64,000 nt of DNA from a virus. Below the pieces are notes generated by a model. That model was not told where the DNA came from. It was given only the letters and a program-made list of their open reading frames with translations, and made no database searches. The stretch covers positions 1-64,000 of the IMG/VR virus record IMGVR_UViG_3300023174_005350. One strand, 5' to 3'. The position numbers and the translations under genes are program-made. Below are positions 16,184 through 24,321 of this stretch, piece after piece. Numbering within the stretch: position 1 is the stretch's first letter; each line of letters opens with the position of its first letter.

Positions 16184-16497
16184 TTAATATTAGGTAGTTG
16201 GCTTAAAAGTAGCAATCTTTAATGAGTGAGACAAAATCCTTGGCTAGTAGATATATGTCCGTTAACAGCGGGGAGTTAAGTGTAGTTTGCCCGAAGAAAG
16301 CGCAACAAAACCCGAAGATAGTTGCGTAGACAACAAGCTGATAGGTAAGCTCCAATATATCATAAATCTTGGGGGTTGGGTAATAGGAAAGTCAGATTCG
16401 TTTGATGGGACAGAAATAAACTTAAGATATAATCATTGAAAAGATTGTATTGTTTACTTCCTCCCTCTCTTTGGTGTAGTAACACGCCTAATATTGA
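16184..16497 (+). ncRNA. structured RNA mimicking 23S rRNA H43-H44 (L11-binding GTPase-associated centre) with ~250-nt insert
   Basis: ~11-12-bp closing stem 16184-16195/16486-16497; AGUUGGCUUAAAAGUAGCAAUCUUUAAUGA and GUGUAGUAACAC map onto E. coli 23S 1058-1088 and 1091-1102. Confidence 0.75.
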
Positions 16498-16512
16498 TGT
16501 TGTTAAAAAAAT

Positions 16513-16782
16513 ATGAAAAAAATTAAAATTGGCAAATGGAATTATAGAGTTTTTAAAACTATTAAATCTAATGGCTTAGAAGAATATGGAATAGTCGAAG
16601 TATATTATGATACTAAAGACAATCCAGCCAGTTATACTGATTATCAGATTCCTTGGGGAGAATCTTTAAAAGATTTGAAATGGGAACTTTCTTCTATGTT
16701 AAAATCCTGTAGACAAGATGTATTAACAGAAGAAGATTTTAAACCGAGAAAAAAGAATGCAAGAAAAAAAATGGAAAGATGA
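16513..16782 (+). CDS. hypothetical protein
   Basis: ORF; WNYRV..YGIVEVYYD. Confidence 0.6.
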   Translation: MKKIKIGKWNYRVFKTIKSNGLEEYGIVEVYYDTKDNPASYTDYQIPWGESLKDLKWELSSMLKSCRQDVLTEEDFKPRKKNARKKMER

Positions 16783-16978
16783 AAAAATCTTCTCTTGTTT
16801 TGAAGAAGCAGAACAATATAAAAATACCTTACAAAACTCCCCAGAAGGTGCTACAATGGAGTATAAAATAAAACACAAAGATGGCGTTTTTATTATTAGA
16901 AGCAGAATACATCCAGAACTTATAGAAGCTGTTAAAGAAATAGATGAAAAGCTTTCAAAAAAGAAAGGTAAAATATGA
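16757..16978 (+). CDS. hypothetical protein
   Basis: overlapping operonic ORF. Confidence 0.55.
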   Translation: MQEKKWKDEKIFSCFEEAEQYKNTLQNSPEGATMEYKIKHKDGVFIIRSRIHPELIEAVKEIDEKLSKKKGKI

Positions 16979-17592
16979 GATTCATTAAACGATTAGAGGA
17001 AGCAGTAGAGCAAGAAACAAAAAAGCGTAAGACTAGTGAACGCGATGATCGTGATCTTGACGTTGAAGTAGATGATAACCATATTTATTTTTATACTGAT
17101 GTAACTAAAGAAAGCGTTCTTAATCTAAATAAAAATTTAGCTAAAATCGAAACAGATATGATGCATACTGGAAATGTTTTAGGTATTCCAACACCAGAAA
17201 TTAAATTACATATCAATAGTCCCGGTGGTAGCTTGTTCGACGGATTAGCAGCAGTAGATTATGTTCGTAGAAGCCGCGCACCAGTTCATTCTGTCATTGA
17301 AGGAATGGCAGCTTCTGCGGCAACACTTATATCAGTTATGGCTCATAAGCGCTCTATTAATAAACATTCATACATGTTGATTCATCAGCTTTCTTCTGGT
17401 GCTATTGGAAAGTTTGAAGAACTAATGGACGATATGGAAAATAATAAAGCTTTGATGAAAGCTATAAAGCAAATTTATCTGGAGCGCACAAAGATTCCAG
17501 AAAACTTGTTGAAAGATATCCTTAAAAAAGATATCTATTTTGACGCAAAGCAGTGCCTGAAGTATGGTTTAGTAGATCAAATTCTAGAATAA
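16975..17592 (+). CDS. clpP: ClpP-like (S14) serine protease
   Basis: INSPGGS, AASAAT, MLIHQ, YFDA...YGLVD. Confidence 0.85.
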   Translation: MRFIKRLEEAVEQETKKRKTSERDDRDLDVEVDDNHIYFYTDVTKESVLNLNKNLAKIETDMMHTGNVLGIPTPEIKLHINSPGGSLFDGLAAVDYVRRSRAPVHSVIEGMAASAATLISVMAHKRSINKHSYMLIHQLSSGAIGKFEELMDDMENNKALMKAIKQIYLERTKIPENLLKDILKKDIYFDAKQCLKYGLVDQILE

Positions 17593-17603
17593 AGGAAAAT
17601 AAA

Positions 17604-17918
17604 ATGAAGACACTCGTAATGACCGCAGTAGTAGCAGCAATGTTCGTAGGTTGCACTAGCAAGACCTCTGCACCAGCAGCAGGTTCTACTTCCACAACCG
17701 CTCCAGTAGTAGAAGTTTCAGCACCAGCAATCACCACACAAACTTCCCCTTCTGTAGCCGCTCCAGTTGCCCCACAAAGCGCTGTAGTGGCCCCATCAGC
17801 AGGTGGCGCAGCCTCTGCCGCAGCAGCATCTGGTAGTGCCTCTGGAAGCTCCACAGCAGTTTCTACTGGCGCAGCAGGCGCAGTTGCAGCACCAGCAGTA
17901 GCAGCAGATAAGAAGTAA
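17604..17918 (+). CDS. Ala/Ser/Thr/Pro-rich lipoprotein
   Basis: AAGGA SD; MKTLVMTAVVAAMFVG-C lipobox; low-complexity body. Confidence 0.7.
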   Translation: MKTLVMTAVVAAMFVGCTSKTSAPAAGSTSTTAPVVEVSAPAITTQTSPSVAAPVAPQSAVVAPSAGGAASAAAASGSASGSSTAVSTGAAGAVAAPAVAADKK

Positions 17919-17984
17919 TTTTTATTAATCCCGCAGGTGACGGCATGGGGAGTCTGTTTTTTAATAGACAAATAGATGTCGTCT

Positions 17985-18506
17985 TTATTGTTTCCATCTA
18001 CCATCTTTGTTTAAGAAGTGGTTTTCCATATGACAAGTAGGACATAATACTTCTAAATTTTCTATAGTATTATTTTCTCTGTTTCTATCTTTATGATGAA
18101 CTTCTAATACTTCTGGTATTTTAGAATAATCGCATTTTTCACATTTTACTGCTTTACTTCTAAAAGCTACATCTCTGTATGCCCTGCCAGCGTTTGTATA
18201 ATGCGGCGGTTGAATTTCTTTTATTCCACCAATTCTTTGAGCGATATCTTTGTGTTCCCTACAGCAAAAATATAAACCGCTTCTTGATATTTTCTTTTTT
18301 GATGGTGCTTTGTAAAACATCTTCTTACAGTAAGCACATTCAACGTTTGGTTGATTAATTAAAGCAAATTTTTCTATTTTTTGTTTTTTTATAGCTTCAT
18401 ATGTACATTTTTTGGTACAATACTTCCCGTTGCCTCTATTTACTTCTGATGAACGTGCTTGAAATTCTTTGTTACAGTTTAAGCATATTTTTAAATATGT
18501 AGTCAT
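17985..18506 (-). CDS. free-standing HNH homing endonuclease with zinc fingers
   Basis: CxxC repeats; EVHHKDRNRENN..ENL.VLCPTCH...H. Confidence 0.85.
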   Translation of the reverse strand: MTTYLKICLNCNKEFQARSSEVNRGNGKYCTKKCTYEAIKKQKIEKFALINQPNVECAYCKKMFYKAPSKKKISRSGLYFCCREHKDIAQRIGGIKEIQPPHYTNAGRAYRDVAFRSKAVKCEKCDYSKIPEVLEVHHKDRNRENNTIENLEVLCPTCHMENHFLNKDGRWKQ

Positions 18507-18517
18507 ATATATCCTTT

Positions 18518-18589
18518 GGGCTGATAGTTAAATTGGTATAACATTTCCCTTGCACGGAAAAATCTGGAGTTCGACTCTCCATCGGTCCA
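18518..18589 (+). tRNA. tRNA-Ala(TGC), CCA not encoded
   Basis: acceptor GGGCTGA/TCGGTCC with G3:U70; anticodon arm TTTCC-CTTGCAC-GGAAA; TTCGA T-loop. Confidence 0.9.
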
Positions 18590-18641
18590 CTTATAATTAG
18601 TGTAGATTAACTGTTTTGCACCAAAAAAAGGTATCTCCAAA

Positions 18642-18911
18642 ATGAAAATTACAAAAGAATCTTTAAAAAAATTTATTAAAGAAGAATTAGAAAAAGTTAC
18701 TGAAGAATTAAACCCTTTAGAAAAAGAAAAAGAATTAAAAAATAATATAGAATCTTATCTTTCCTCAATTGAAGAAAAAAAGAAAGACTTTGCAATAGAT
18801 GCTCTTATTTCTTTTTTAAATTACCAACGTCAAAGCACTAAAGATAAAATGGCTTTAGCAAAAGCTAGACAAACTAAAAAAAATCTACCATTTAGGTCAT
18901 ATACGCCATAA
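18642..18911 (+). CDS. putative head-internal protein (MKITK..LK..IKEELE)
   Basis: shared N-terminal motif. Confidence 0.55.
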   Translation: MKITKESLKKFIKEELEKVTEELNPLEKEKELKNNIESYLSSIEEKKKDFAIDALISFLNYQRQSTKDKMALAKARQTKKNLPFRSYTP

Positions 18912-18917
18912 AATTTT

Positions 18918-19109
18918 ATGAAACAAAATAAATCTAGCAATACAATGTGGCTAAGAATAATGGTAGTACTTAATACTATTGCTGTTGCTAGTTATATTTT
19001 TTACGGTGAGTGGGAAAAAAAACAACCACGGATGGTAAAACATGTTTGCCAAACCGTGGCTACTGACCAAGATAAAGGTTTGGTCGCCCTTACTTGCTTA
19101 GAAGACTAG
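18918..19109 (+). CDS. small single-TM protein
   Basis: hydrophobic segment near the N-terminus. Confidence 0.5.
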   Translation: MKQNKSSNTMWLRIMVVLNTIAVASYIFYGEWEKKQPRMVKHVCQTVATDQDKGLVALTCLED

Positions 19110-19924
19110 ACATTCTCTAGTTGCCACAATCCCTCTGCAAGTGCCAATAATGTTTTAGCATTCTCTAAACTAACACATATTGATATATGTTCATAATGAA
19201 CTGTACGCTTGCTTAATAAACCAATAACTTTGCCTTTATAAAAGATTCCAGAACCACTATGACCGGGAGCAGAAGGAAGAGTAATAATTTCTTCATTGTT
19301 TTCGTCTAATCCCATAAATCTACCATCTGTTACGATGAATATATTTTTTGGATGATATCCCAAAGCAGCACCAGAAATCATTACGCTAGCACCAACTGGT
19401 GGTAATTCATCAGCTAATTCTCTTGCTTCTCCTGCAATACAAGAGCTTTTAATAACTGATAAATCTTGTTTTTCGTTTCCTGCCATTGGAAATGCAACGC
19501 ATTTTTCACCATCTAATCTTTCAACCATCATTTCAATTTTATCTATTTGGAAGAAATAGAATCCGCTTTCGTCTATCTCTAAAGTTGTTTTTTGTGGATG
19601 TGTCACATGAGCAACGCTCAATATTAAACTTTCTTTTTTATTAAAGTTATTTCTGACTACAACGCCGGAACCCGTCCAGCTTTTTTCTTCACTCTTTTCT
19701 TTAGTTTCTTCTGGCATGCTTGCATTTATACCTAAAACGCTAGCTAAATTGGTCCTATGACCAGAAATTTTTGTATAAATCTTAACTGTGCTGCTCATTG
19801 CTTCTCTTGCATCGTATCCTTCTTGTGCAAATAGACCGCAACGTTTAAAACAACCGCTCATCATTACCAACATCATCGTTAAAACTATTAATTTGTGTTT
19901 AATCCATGCTTTATTCCCTTTCAT
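19106..19924 (-). CDS. trypsin-like (S1) serine protease, secreted or lipoprotein
   Basis: SVAHV, DLSVI, PGHSGSG triad motifs; MSGC lipobox-like signal; GGAG SD. Confidence 0.8.
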   Translation of the reverse strand: MKGNKAWIKHKLIVLTMMLVMMSGCFKRCGLFAQEGYDAREAMSSTVKIYTKISGHRTNLASVLGINASMPEETKEKSEEKSWTGSGVVVRNNFNKKESLILSVAHVTHPQKTTLEIDESGFYFFQIDKIEMMVERLDGEKCVAFPMAGNEKQDLSVIKSSCIAGEARELADELPPVGASVMISGAALGYHPKNIFIVTDGRFMGLDENNEEIITLPSAPGHSGSGIFYKGKVIGLLSKRTVHYEHISICVSLENAKTLLALAEGLWQLENV

Positions 19925-20076
19925 TAGATACTCTCCTCCCTATAAAAGTAGGGGCTGATCTATTATTAACTAGTAACGAAAAAAATGTTCGGCATTTTCA
20001 CTAAGTTTATACTATTTACTTCTTGGTCTTTTTTTATTTACAAACTTATAGAATTATGCAATAATATTAATATATT

Positions 20077-20163
20077 GGAGTGATGGCCGAGTGGCTGAAG
20101 GCACAGGTTTGCTAAACCTGCGTATTCGAAAGGATACCGATGGTTCGAATCCATCTCACTCCG
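20077..20163 (+). tRNA. tRNA-Ser(GCT), CCA not encoded
   Basis: GGAGTGA/TCACTCC acceptor; CAGGT-TTGCTAA-ACCTG anticodon arm; long variable arm; G73. Confidence 0.92.
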
Positions 20164-20190
20164 TTAACTATTTTAGTTACTAGTTAGTAT

Positions 20191-20400
20191 ATGATCATTC
20201 AGTTGAATCCAATGATTCCTGTTTATAGTCTAAAGCACAACATGAAAGGATATGCTTTTTTAGTTATAGACTATTCTCAAGAACATGATTTATTATTTAC
20301 TGTTGCGCTTGAAAATGGAGAAATATGGACTTTAAAAAATCAAGAACTAAGATTTTGTAAAAATATTTCTTTAGATAGGGAAAAAATGGAGAAAATTTAA
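20191..20400 (+). CDS. hypothetical phage protein
   Basis: ORF after ACTAGTTA; IDYSQEHDL. Confidence 0.6.
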   Translation: MIIQLNPMIPVYSLKHNMKGYAFLVIDYSQEHDLLFTVALENGEIWTLKNQELRFCKNISLDREKMEKI

Positions 20401-20621
20401 TGAGCGATATTAAAAATGTAGGCACTCTTAAAGTTTTAGAAATAGTAGACAATCCTGACGGTACAGCAACAATACATTTTGATATTAGTGAAGATTTTCA
20501 AGCAAATTTAGTACGTGAGATGGGTTGGCCTGAATGGTCACAAGAGAGATTTGAAAAATTAGTTTTAGAAGCATTAGAAAAAGCAGTAGCTACAAAGCTT
20601 GTTGACCGCGTAGAAGATTAG
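20400..20621 (+). CDS. hypothetical protein
   Basis: coupled ORF; IVDNPDGTATI. Confidence 0.55.
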   Translation: MSDIKNVGTLKVLEIVDNPDGTATIHFDISEDFQANLVREMGWPEWSQERFEKLVLEALEKAVATKLVDRVED

Positions 20622-20639
20622 TAGTATAGTGTTATCACT

Positions 20640-21230
20640 ATGCAAACCACCACCACTACCAACGAAACACTTAATACTCCTGATACTCGTAATATTGTTG
20701 ATAAATATAAATTCGATAGGCTTACTAAATGGACTACAGAATTGATTAAAAAAGACCTTCAACAAAAGTCTTTTCCATTTGCAGTTATGATGGAAAATCT
20801 TGTTGGTGATTTTAATTTGTCTTCTGTTCTGCGTTCTTGTAATGCAATGAATGGTCGTGAAATGTTCTATCTTGGTCGTAAACAATACGATAGACGTGGA
20901 ACCGTTGGGACTCATCACTATACCGATATAATCAATCTAAAGGACCGCGAGGAGCTTCTAAAGTTAAAGGAGCGTTATACTTTTGTTGCACTTGAGAACA
21001 GTGTCCCACAGGCAGAAAGTATTTACGATTTCCAATGGCCTGAGAATCCTCTTATTATCATCGGGGAAGAAGGTGTTGGAATTACTCAAGAGACTCTTGC
21101 ATTGTGTGATAGATTTGTTTATATCAATCAATATGGTAGCGTAAGAAGCATGAATGCAGCAGTAGCTGGAAGTATTGCTATGAATGATTTTGTAATGAAA
21201 TATGTAAAAAATAACAACAACATGCGTTAG
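20640..21230 (+). CDS. SpoU/TrmH-family RNA 2'-O-methyltransferase
   Basis: FNLSSVLRS, IIGEEGVGI, GSVRSMNAAVA SPOUT motifs; TTGACC-17-TATAGT promoter at 20602-20630. Confidence 0.85.
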   Translation: MQTTTTTNETLNTPDTRNIVDKYKFDRLTKWTTELIKKDLQQKSFPFAVMMENLVGDFNLSSVLRSCNAMNGREMFYLGRKQYDRRGTVGTHHYTDIINLKDREELLKLKERYTFVALENSVPQAESIYDFQWPENPLIIIGEEGVGITQETLALCDRFVYINQYGSVRSMNAAVAGSIAMNDFVMKYVKNNNNMR

Positions 21231-21274
21231 AATACTATTTATATCGTGCTAATAGCCGCACGAAGGAATACATA

Positions 21275-22588
21275 ATGTCTAAAAAATATTACGTGTTGGA
21301 CACAAACGTATATCTAAGCGATTGTGACGCAGTATTCGCGTATAAGAATAATAACGTAGCAATTCCATTAAAAGTATTAGAGGAAGTTGATAAACATAAA
21401 AAGCGTCAAGATGGTGTTGGAGCTAATGCAAGACAGTTTATTCGTACTCTTGATGAATTACGTGAAAAAGGTAGCCTTGACGAAGGTGCAAAGCTCGGCA
21501 AAGGAAAAGGAACCATCTCAGTAATTCCTTGTGACTTATCTCTATTACCAACTGGTTTCGAAAGGGATAATGCTGACAATCAAATTATTGCCGCCACTTT
21601 AACACTTATAAAAGAATTAGGCGATAACAAAAATGTATTCTTAGTATCTCAAGATATTAATATGAGAGTTAAGTGCGACTCTCTTGGTATCAATACCGCT
21701 GATTATATTCCAAATCAAATCGTAGAACGAGCAGAAGAAGTATTTACTGGCTTTACACAATACCTTGTAGATGATGCTTTTATTGATCGTTTCTATGCTG
21801 GCGAAAAGATTTTATTAGAAGAAAAAGATATTAAGCTCCATCCTAATCAATTCTTGATGCTTGTATCTAATGCTAACGATAAAAAAACAGCACTAGCTAG
21901 ATTTAGAGCATATAACTTACCTCTTACTAAAGTAAAAGAATATAAAAATGGTATTTGGGGTATACATGCAAAGAACAAAGAGCAACAGTTTGCTCTAGAG
22001 TTGTTGATGGACCCAGAAGTTAAGATTGTTTCTATTATTGGTCGTGCTGGTGGCGGTAAAACTCTTAACGCATTGGCGGCTGGCCTTCAGCAAATCCTTG
22101 ATGATAAGGTTTATAAAAAGCTAATCGTATCACGCCCAGTTCAACCAATGGGTAAAGATATTGGTTATTTGCCGGGAACACTAGAAGAAAAAATGTCACC
22201 TTGGTTAGCACCTGTTCAAGACAACCTTGAATTCTTAATGGGCGATGATAAAGCGCATCTACAGATGTTGATGGAAGCTGGAACAATTGAAATGGAAGCA
22301 TTGACTTATATTCGCGGTCGTTCTATTGCTAATGCGTTCATTATTATTGATGAAAGCCAAAACTTAACATCTCACGAATTAAAAACTATAATTACTCGCG
22401 TAGGTGAAGGTACAAAAATTGTATTAACTGGAGATATTGAGCAAATCGATAATGCATACGTAGACGCTACAACAAATGGTCTTACATATGCTGTAGAAAA
22501 ATTAAAACCATTTGAAATCTCTGGTCATATAACATTAAAGAAAGGTGAGCGCTCTGCTGTTGCAAGTTTGGCAGCTCAAGTATTATAA
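21275..22588 (+). CDS. phoH: PIN-PhoH (PhoH2-type) ATPase/RNase
   Basis: N-terminal VLDTNV PIN motif; GRAGGGKT; IGYLPG..EEKM; YIRGRS; IIDESQN. Confidence 0.9.
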   Translation: MSKKYYVLDTNVYLSDCDAVFAYKNNNVAIPLKVLEEVDKHKKRQDGVGANARQFIRTLDELREKGSLDEGAKLGKGKGTISVIPCDLSLLPTGFERDNADNQIIAATLTLIKELGDNKNVFLVSQDINMRVKCDSLGINTADYIPNQIVERAEEVFTGFTQYLVDDAFIDRFYAGEKILLEEKDIKLHPNQFLMLVSNANDKKTALARFRAYNLPLTKVKEYKNGIWGIHAKNKEQQFALELLMDPEVKIVSIIGRAGGGKTLNALAAGLQQILDDKVYKKLIVSRPVQPMGKDIGYLPGTLEEKMSPWLAPVQDNLEFLMGDDKAHLQMLMEAGTIEMEALTYIRGRSIANAFIIIDESQNLTSHELKTIITRVGEGTKIVLTGDIEQIDNAYVDATTNGLTYAVEKLKPFEISGHITLKKGERSAVASLAAQVL

Positions 22589-22836
22589 TGGAAAATCCTC
22601 AATTAGATGAAGTAGTTCAAAAAGTCAACCCAATGAAAGAATGGCTTGTTGATTACGTTGGAAACAAACTCCAGCCACAAAACAACGAAGTTACTGTAGC
22701 CATGCTCGTTGAAGCAATGGCTGATGAGTTCCCAGAGTTTGTTCTAGCAGTAGCAGAAGAGAATTTTATTAGAGGATATCAACAAGCCTTCGCAGATCTT
22801 GAATCAAAAGGTGAAATAAAAGAAACAAATGAGTAG
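22588..22836 (+). CDS. hypothetical protein
   Basis: coupled ORF. Confidence 0.6.
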   Translation: MENPQLDEVVQKVNPMKEWLVDYVGNKLQPQNNEVTVAMLVEAMADEFPEFVLAVAEENFIRGYQQAFADLESKGEIKETNE

Positions 22837-23512
22837 TATTAATTATGTCAAAAATTCTGCTAAAAAAAATCAAGCAGATTTTAAACAATTAAATTTGTTT
22901 AAAGACATAATGGTTGTCATTAAAGATCCACTACCAGAAGAATATAATCTAAAAACTATTCTAAAAAAAATAGAAAATAATATTCCAAGACATTTATTTA
23001 ATGATTTAGATATTGTTTATGTTGGTGCTTTTAAAGAATTAAAAGCTAGACAAGTAGAATCAGCCTATATGGATGGAGCGATATACTTAAGCAACGAACA
23101 ACCTAGTGAAGAAAATATATATAATTCAATAATACATGAATTAGCTCATAACGTAGAAAAAGTATTTGAATATGAAGTTTATGGAGATGATAAAATTCTA
23201 GAAGAATTTCTCTCTAAAAGAAAACAATTAAGAAGCATATTAGAATCAAACAATCTATATTGTGACTCAATCCTATACCTTAGACCGGAATTGACTAGAG
23301 ATTTTGATAATTTCTTATTTAAGACAGTAGGATATGATAGACTATCGTTGTTGTCAGCAAATCTTTTTATATCTCCCTATTCTGCAACTTCTTTAAAAGA
23401 ATATTTTGCATCTGGATTTGAGCATTATTTTGCAGATGAAAATCCTGAATACATTAAAAAGATATCTCCAAAATTATATAATAAAATTATTGCCTTGACA
23501 AAGATATATTAA
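22829..23512 (+). CDS. putative HExxH zinc metallopeptidase-like protein
   Basis: IIHELAHNV and EYFASGF. Confidence 0.55.
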   Translation: MSSINYVKNSAKKNQADFKQLNLFKDIMVVIKDPLPEEYNLKTILKKIENNIPRHLFNDLDIVYVGAFKELKARQVESAYMDGAIYLSNEQPSEENIYNSIIHELAHNVEKVFEYEVYGDDKILEEFLSKRKQLRSILESNNLYCDSILYLRPELTRDFDNFLFKTVGYDRLSLLSANLFISPYSATSLKEYFASGFEHYFADENPEYIKKISPKLYNKIIALTKIY

Positions 23513-23523
23513 TTAGATATAAT
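23495..23523 (+). promoter_or_regulatory. consensus sigma70 promoter
   Basis: TTGACA-17-TATAAT. Confidence 0.8.
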
Positions 23524-23547
23524 GTACCTAGAAAGTGTAGGTACAAA

Positions 23548-24321
23548 ATGTCTAATCATATATCTTTTTCTGCTTTAAAAATTTGGAATGATTGTCCTTT
23601 TAAGTATAAGTTAATTTATGTAGATAACGTTCAGAAATTTCGTGGTAGTGAACACACGGCTTTTGGAACTGCTCTCCATGAAGCTTGTGAAAAAAAACTG
23701 TTAGATAATAACATAAATGAAGTTGAATGTTTTAGCTCTAAGTTTGAAGAAGAACTAAATAAAATTCCTTCTGATATAACAGTAGATAATAAACTAATAA
23801 CTGAGATGAAAGAGCAGGGAAAACTGCTATCTACGATGGCGCTGCCCGCTCTTAAGGAAAAGTTTGGTAACTTTAAAGTATTATCTGCCGAAGAAGATAT
23901 TCTTGAAGCAATCAATAAGATCCCAGAACTAAGTTATAATTTTAAAGGATACATCGATTTAATTCTTCAAACTGAAGATGGGAAAATCCATATTCTAGAT
24001 TGGAAAACGTGTGCATGGGGTTGGGATGCAAAAAAGAAAAGCGATCCAATGATTACATATCAGCTTACCTTTTATAAGTATTTCTATGCTCAAAAGCATA
24101 AGATAGATCCAAAAAATATTGAAACATATTTTGCTCTCCTTAAGCGTACAGTAAAAAAAGACAATGTAGAAATATTTCGTGTAACTAGCGGAGATAAAAA
24201 AACAGAAAATGCATTTAACTTATTAACAAAAGCACTTTATAGTATTAATAAGAATTTTTTTCCAAAGAATCGCTTAAGTTGTAAATATTGCGAATTCAAT
24301 AATACAAAGGAATGCCCATGA
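23548..24321 (+). CDS. PD-(D/E)XK nuclease (RecB/AddB/Cas4-like, Fe-S Cys)
   Basis: CP at N-terminus, GYIDL, ILDWKT, QLTFY, C-terminal CKYC...CP. Confidence 0.85.
   Translation: MSNHISFSALKIWNDCPFKYKLIYVDNVQKFRGSEHTAFGTALHEACEKKLLDNNINEVECFSSKFEEELNKIPSDITVDNKLITEMKEQGKLLSTMALPALKEKFGNFKVLSAEEDILEAINKIPELSYNFKGYIDLILQTEDGKIHILDWKTCAWGWDAKKKSDPMITYQLTFYKYFYAQKHKIDPKNIETYFALLKRTVKKDNVEIFRVTSGDKKTENAFNLLTKALYSINKNFFPKNRLSCKYCEFNNTKECP

Noticed and set aside
16184-16497. A true 23S rRNA gene or rRNA contamination
   Set aside because: Similarity is limited to H43-H44, is split by a non-rRNA insert, is closed by its own stem and is flanked by phage genes.
17522-18004. 160-aa minus-strand Ala-rich ORF
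   Set aside because: Antisense shadow of the lipoprotein, which has the SD and lipobox.
23548-24321. Cas4 or CRISPR adaptation gene
   Set aside because: Stand-alone PD-(D/E)XK nucleases are common in phages; no cas1/cas2 or array is present.
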